Shown: piece by piece, positions 62,748 to 64,000 of the stretch
Position numbering within the stretch: position 1 is the first letter of the stretch
Layout: every line of letters starts with the position of its first letter
Assembly: GCA_002269645.1 (NCBI GenBank)
Contig: NIVC01000464.1
Coordinates: 274,441-338,440 of the forward strand
DNA from: Macrostomum lignano
Taxonomy: Eukaryota
DNA: 64,000 nucleotides
Reading direction: 5' to 3'
The notes under the pieces: model-generated
The model's input: the letters and a program-made list of their open reading frames with translations, nothing else
Told to the model about the DNA's origin: nothing
Databases searched by the model: none
Translations under genes and position numbers: made by a program

Positions 62748-64000
62748 TGATGTAACCGCCCTTGTCGCCTGTCCGCTCCGTAGAGAGACGAACGCATGAC
62801 TAGAGGGGGCAATGACCGTAGGCTGCCTATGACCGGCAATGACCTGACGGACCTCCAGCACCAGACTGTCCCGCCCACATGATTAGTAGCTTTGGTAGCG
62901 CTTCGTGACCAGAGGGCCAAGGACCCACATGGACCCCACCTGTAGCCAAGGTGCAATAGTTGGTCACTCGGTCATAGTATGACCGAGTGGCTGCCACCAC
63001 TCTATGTGACCTGGCGCACCTGGATCTTTCTACCAGACCTCTCGAGGCTAGAGCCCCGCCTGGATTGGTTACCAGGGGATTTAGGCTAACAGGGGAGACG
63101 CATGCAGCCGAGTACAGGGACTCTGCTTGGGGCATGATCGGGAACTCTGGGCTCAATCCTGGAGGATTTCTCAGCAGGGGATCCTTTGTGGCTGTGAGCG
63201 AGGCTGACTTGCGACTTTGATTACTAAGAGTAGTATGAGGCGAACATGTACTGTCTACAGTTTAGATTGCTCAGGGCGAAGGGACGCGTTAGCATGGGGT
63301 TGCAACCTTCCTACTGCCATTCTGTGCCAAGACTCGCTAATCCCTCTACTGCACGCACACGCGGCCCGCAGCACGCACTCACAGGCGGGCTTTGCACGGG
63401 GAGAGGCCATTAGCTTACCCAAACTTCCTTATGCTTTGCCACCCGGGAGAAAGGCTTAGCAAGCCATGAGTGAAATGATGGTGAAAGATTGAATAATGAT
63501 GAAGTTAGTTAATAGTTAATAATTAGGCCCTTAGGCAAATAAGCAGGCAATTAGGCGGCTTCACTATTGAGTAAAATACAGCAAAAGATACGGTATCACA
63601 ATTGGCTCAGCTCTCTAATCAGACAATGGAAAATAGGCAAACCCCGATAAGCAAAGGCAATTAGAGCACAAATTAGTAGAGGAACTTACCGGCAGCTGCC
63701 AGAGAGAGAGAGAGGCGCGAGTGACCGAGGGCGGCTGTAGGCTGCAGTCAGGCAGACGGTGAAGCGGCGATGCGCTGGAGCGACGAGGCGCTGATGTAGA
63801 TCAGGCGATGCTGATGATGCGGGCGGTATCAGACCGCTGGCCGATAGGCGAGCTCACTTGGGGAGCTAAGGATAACTTGGCGGTAACAGACCGCGGGCCG
63901 GCAGGGATTCGTCTTATAGACGAATGGGTCAGAACTCAATCTGACAGCAAGTCCAAAGAAGGACGAGGAGAGGAACAGAGATAAACTCAGTTGAGTATTC
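62748..64000 (-). repeat. 5' LTR (partial; continues past the window)
   Basis: Copy of 51813-53071. Ends ...TTACATCA, then AAA, then the PBS. Confidence 0.92.

Larger units (their letters stand above)
51813..64000 (-). mobile_element. Young LTR retrotransposon with 2.2-kb LTRs, gag-protease, no recognisable pol, and an extra ORF; inserted antisense in CLPP intron 1
   Basis: 51813-53071 is ~99% identical to 62748-64000. LTR termini TGATGTAACC...GGTTACATCA, tRNA-Leu PBS at 62727-62744, PPT-like GGCAGTGGGGGTG next to 54030. Confidence 0.92.

Noticed and set aside
1-64000. Prokaryotic or horizontally acquired operon (USP, ETHE1, ClpP, MAPEG have bacterial relatives)
   Set aside because: The genes have spliceosomal introns or eukaryotic targeting peptides and sit among animal TEs; nothing indicates recent bacterial origin.

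Overview
This is eukaryotic (metazoan) genomic DNA, not prokaryotic. It has GT-AG spliced genes with GC-rich exons set in AT-rich, repeat-dense DNA. The style resembles a free-living flatworm such as Macrostomum; that is an inference, not a database match. Host genes reconstructed by hand: a universal stress protein (2 exons), XRN2 (4 exons, ~933 aa), ETHE1-type persulfide dioxygenase (2 exons, minus strand), an Mx-like dynamin GTPase (6 exons, atypical G4 motif TCPD, two apparent lesions), an ALKBH3-derived protein with two apparently dead AlkB domains (4 exons, ~582 aa), a TMEM79/MAPEG-like membrane protein, and exon 1 of mitochondrial CLPP. Mobile DNA: a Ty3/Gypsy element at 1-3763; several non-autonomous DNA transposons, including a nested pair that each have a 6-bp TSD; one young and one heavily CpG-decayed LINE fragment; a CORE-like SINE; many mini- and microsatellites; and a young LTR element in CLPP intron 1 (51813 to beyond 64000). 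That last element has 2.2-kb LTRs and gag-protease but no recognisable RT, RNase H or integrase. It also carries a 449-aa unknown ORF and an internal array of 8-9 mimics of the LTR-end/primer-binding-site junction, which is the most unusual signal in the window. Many frameshifts sit in homopolymer runs and are probably long-read consensus errors. All counts and alignments were done by eye.
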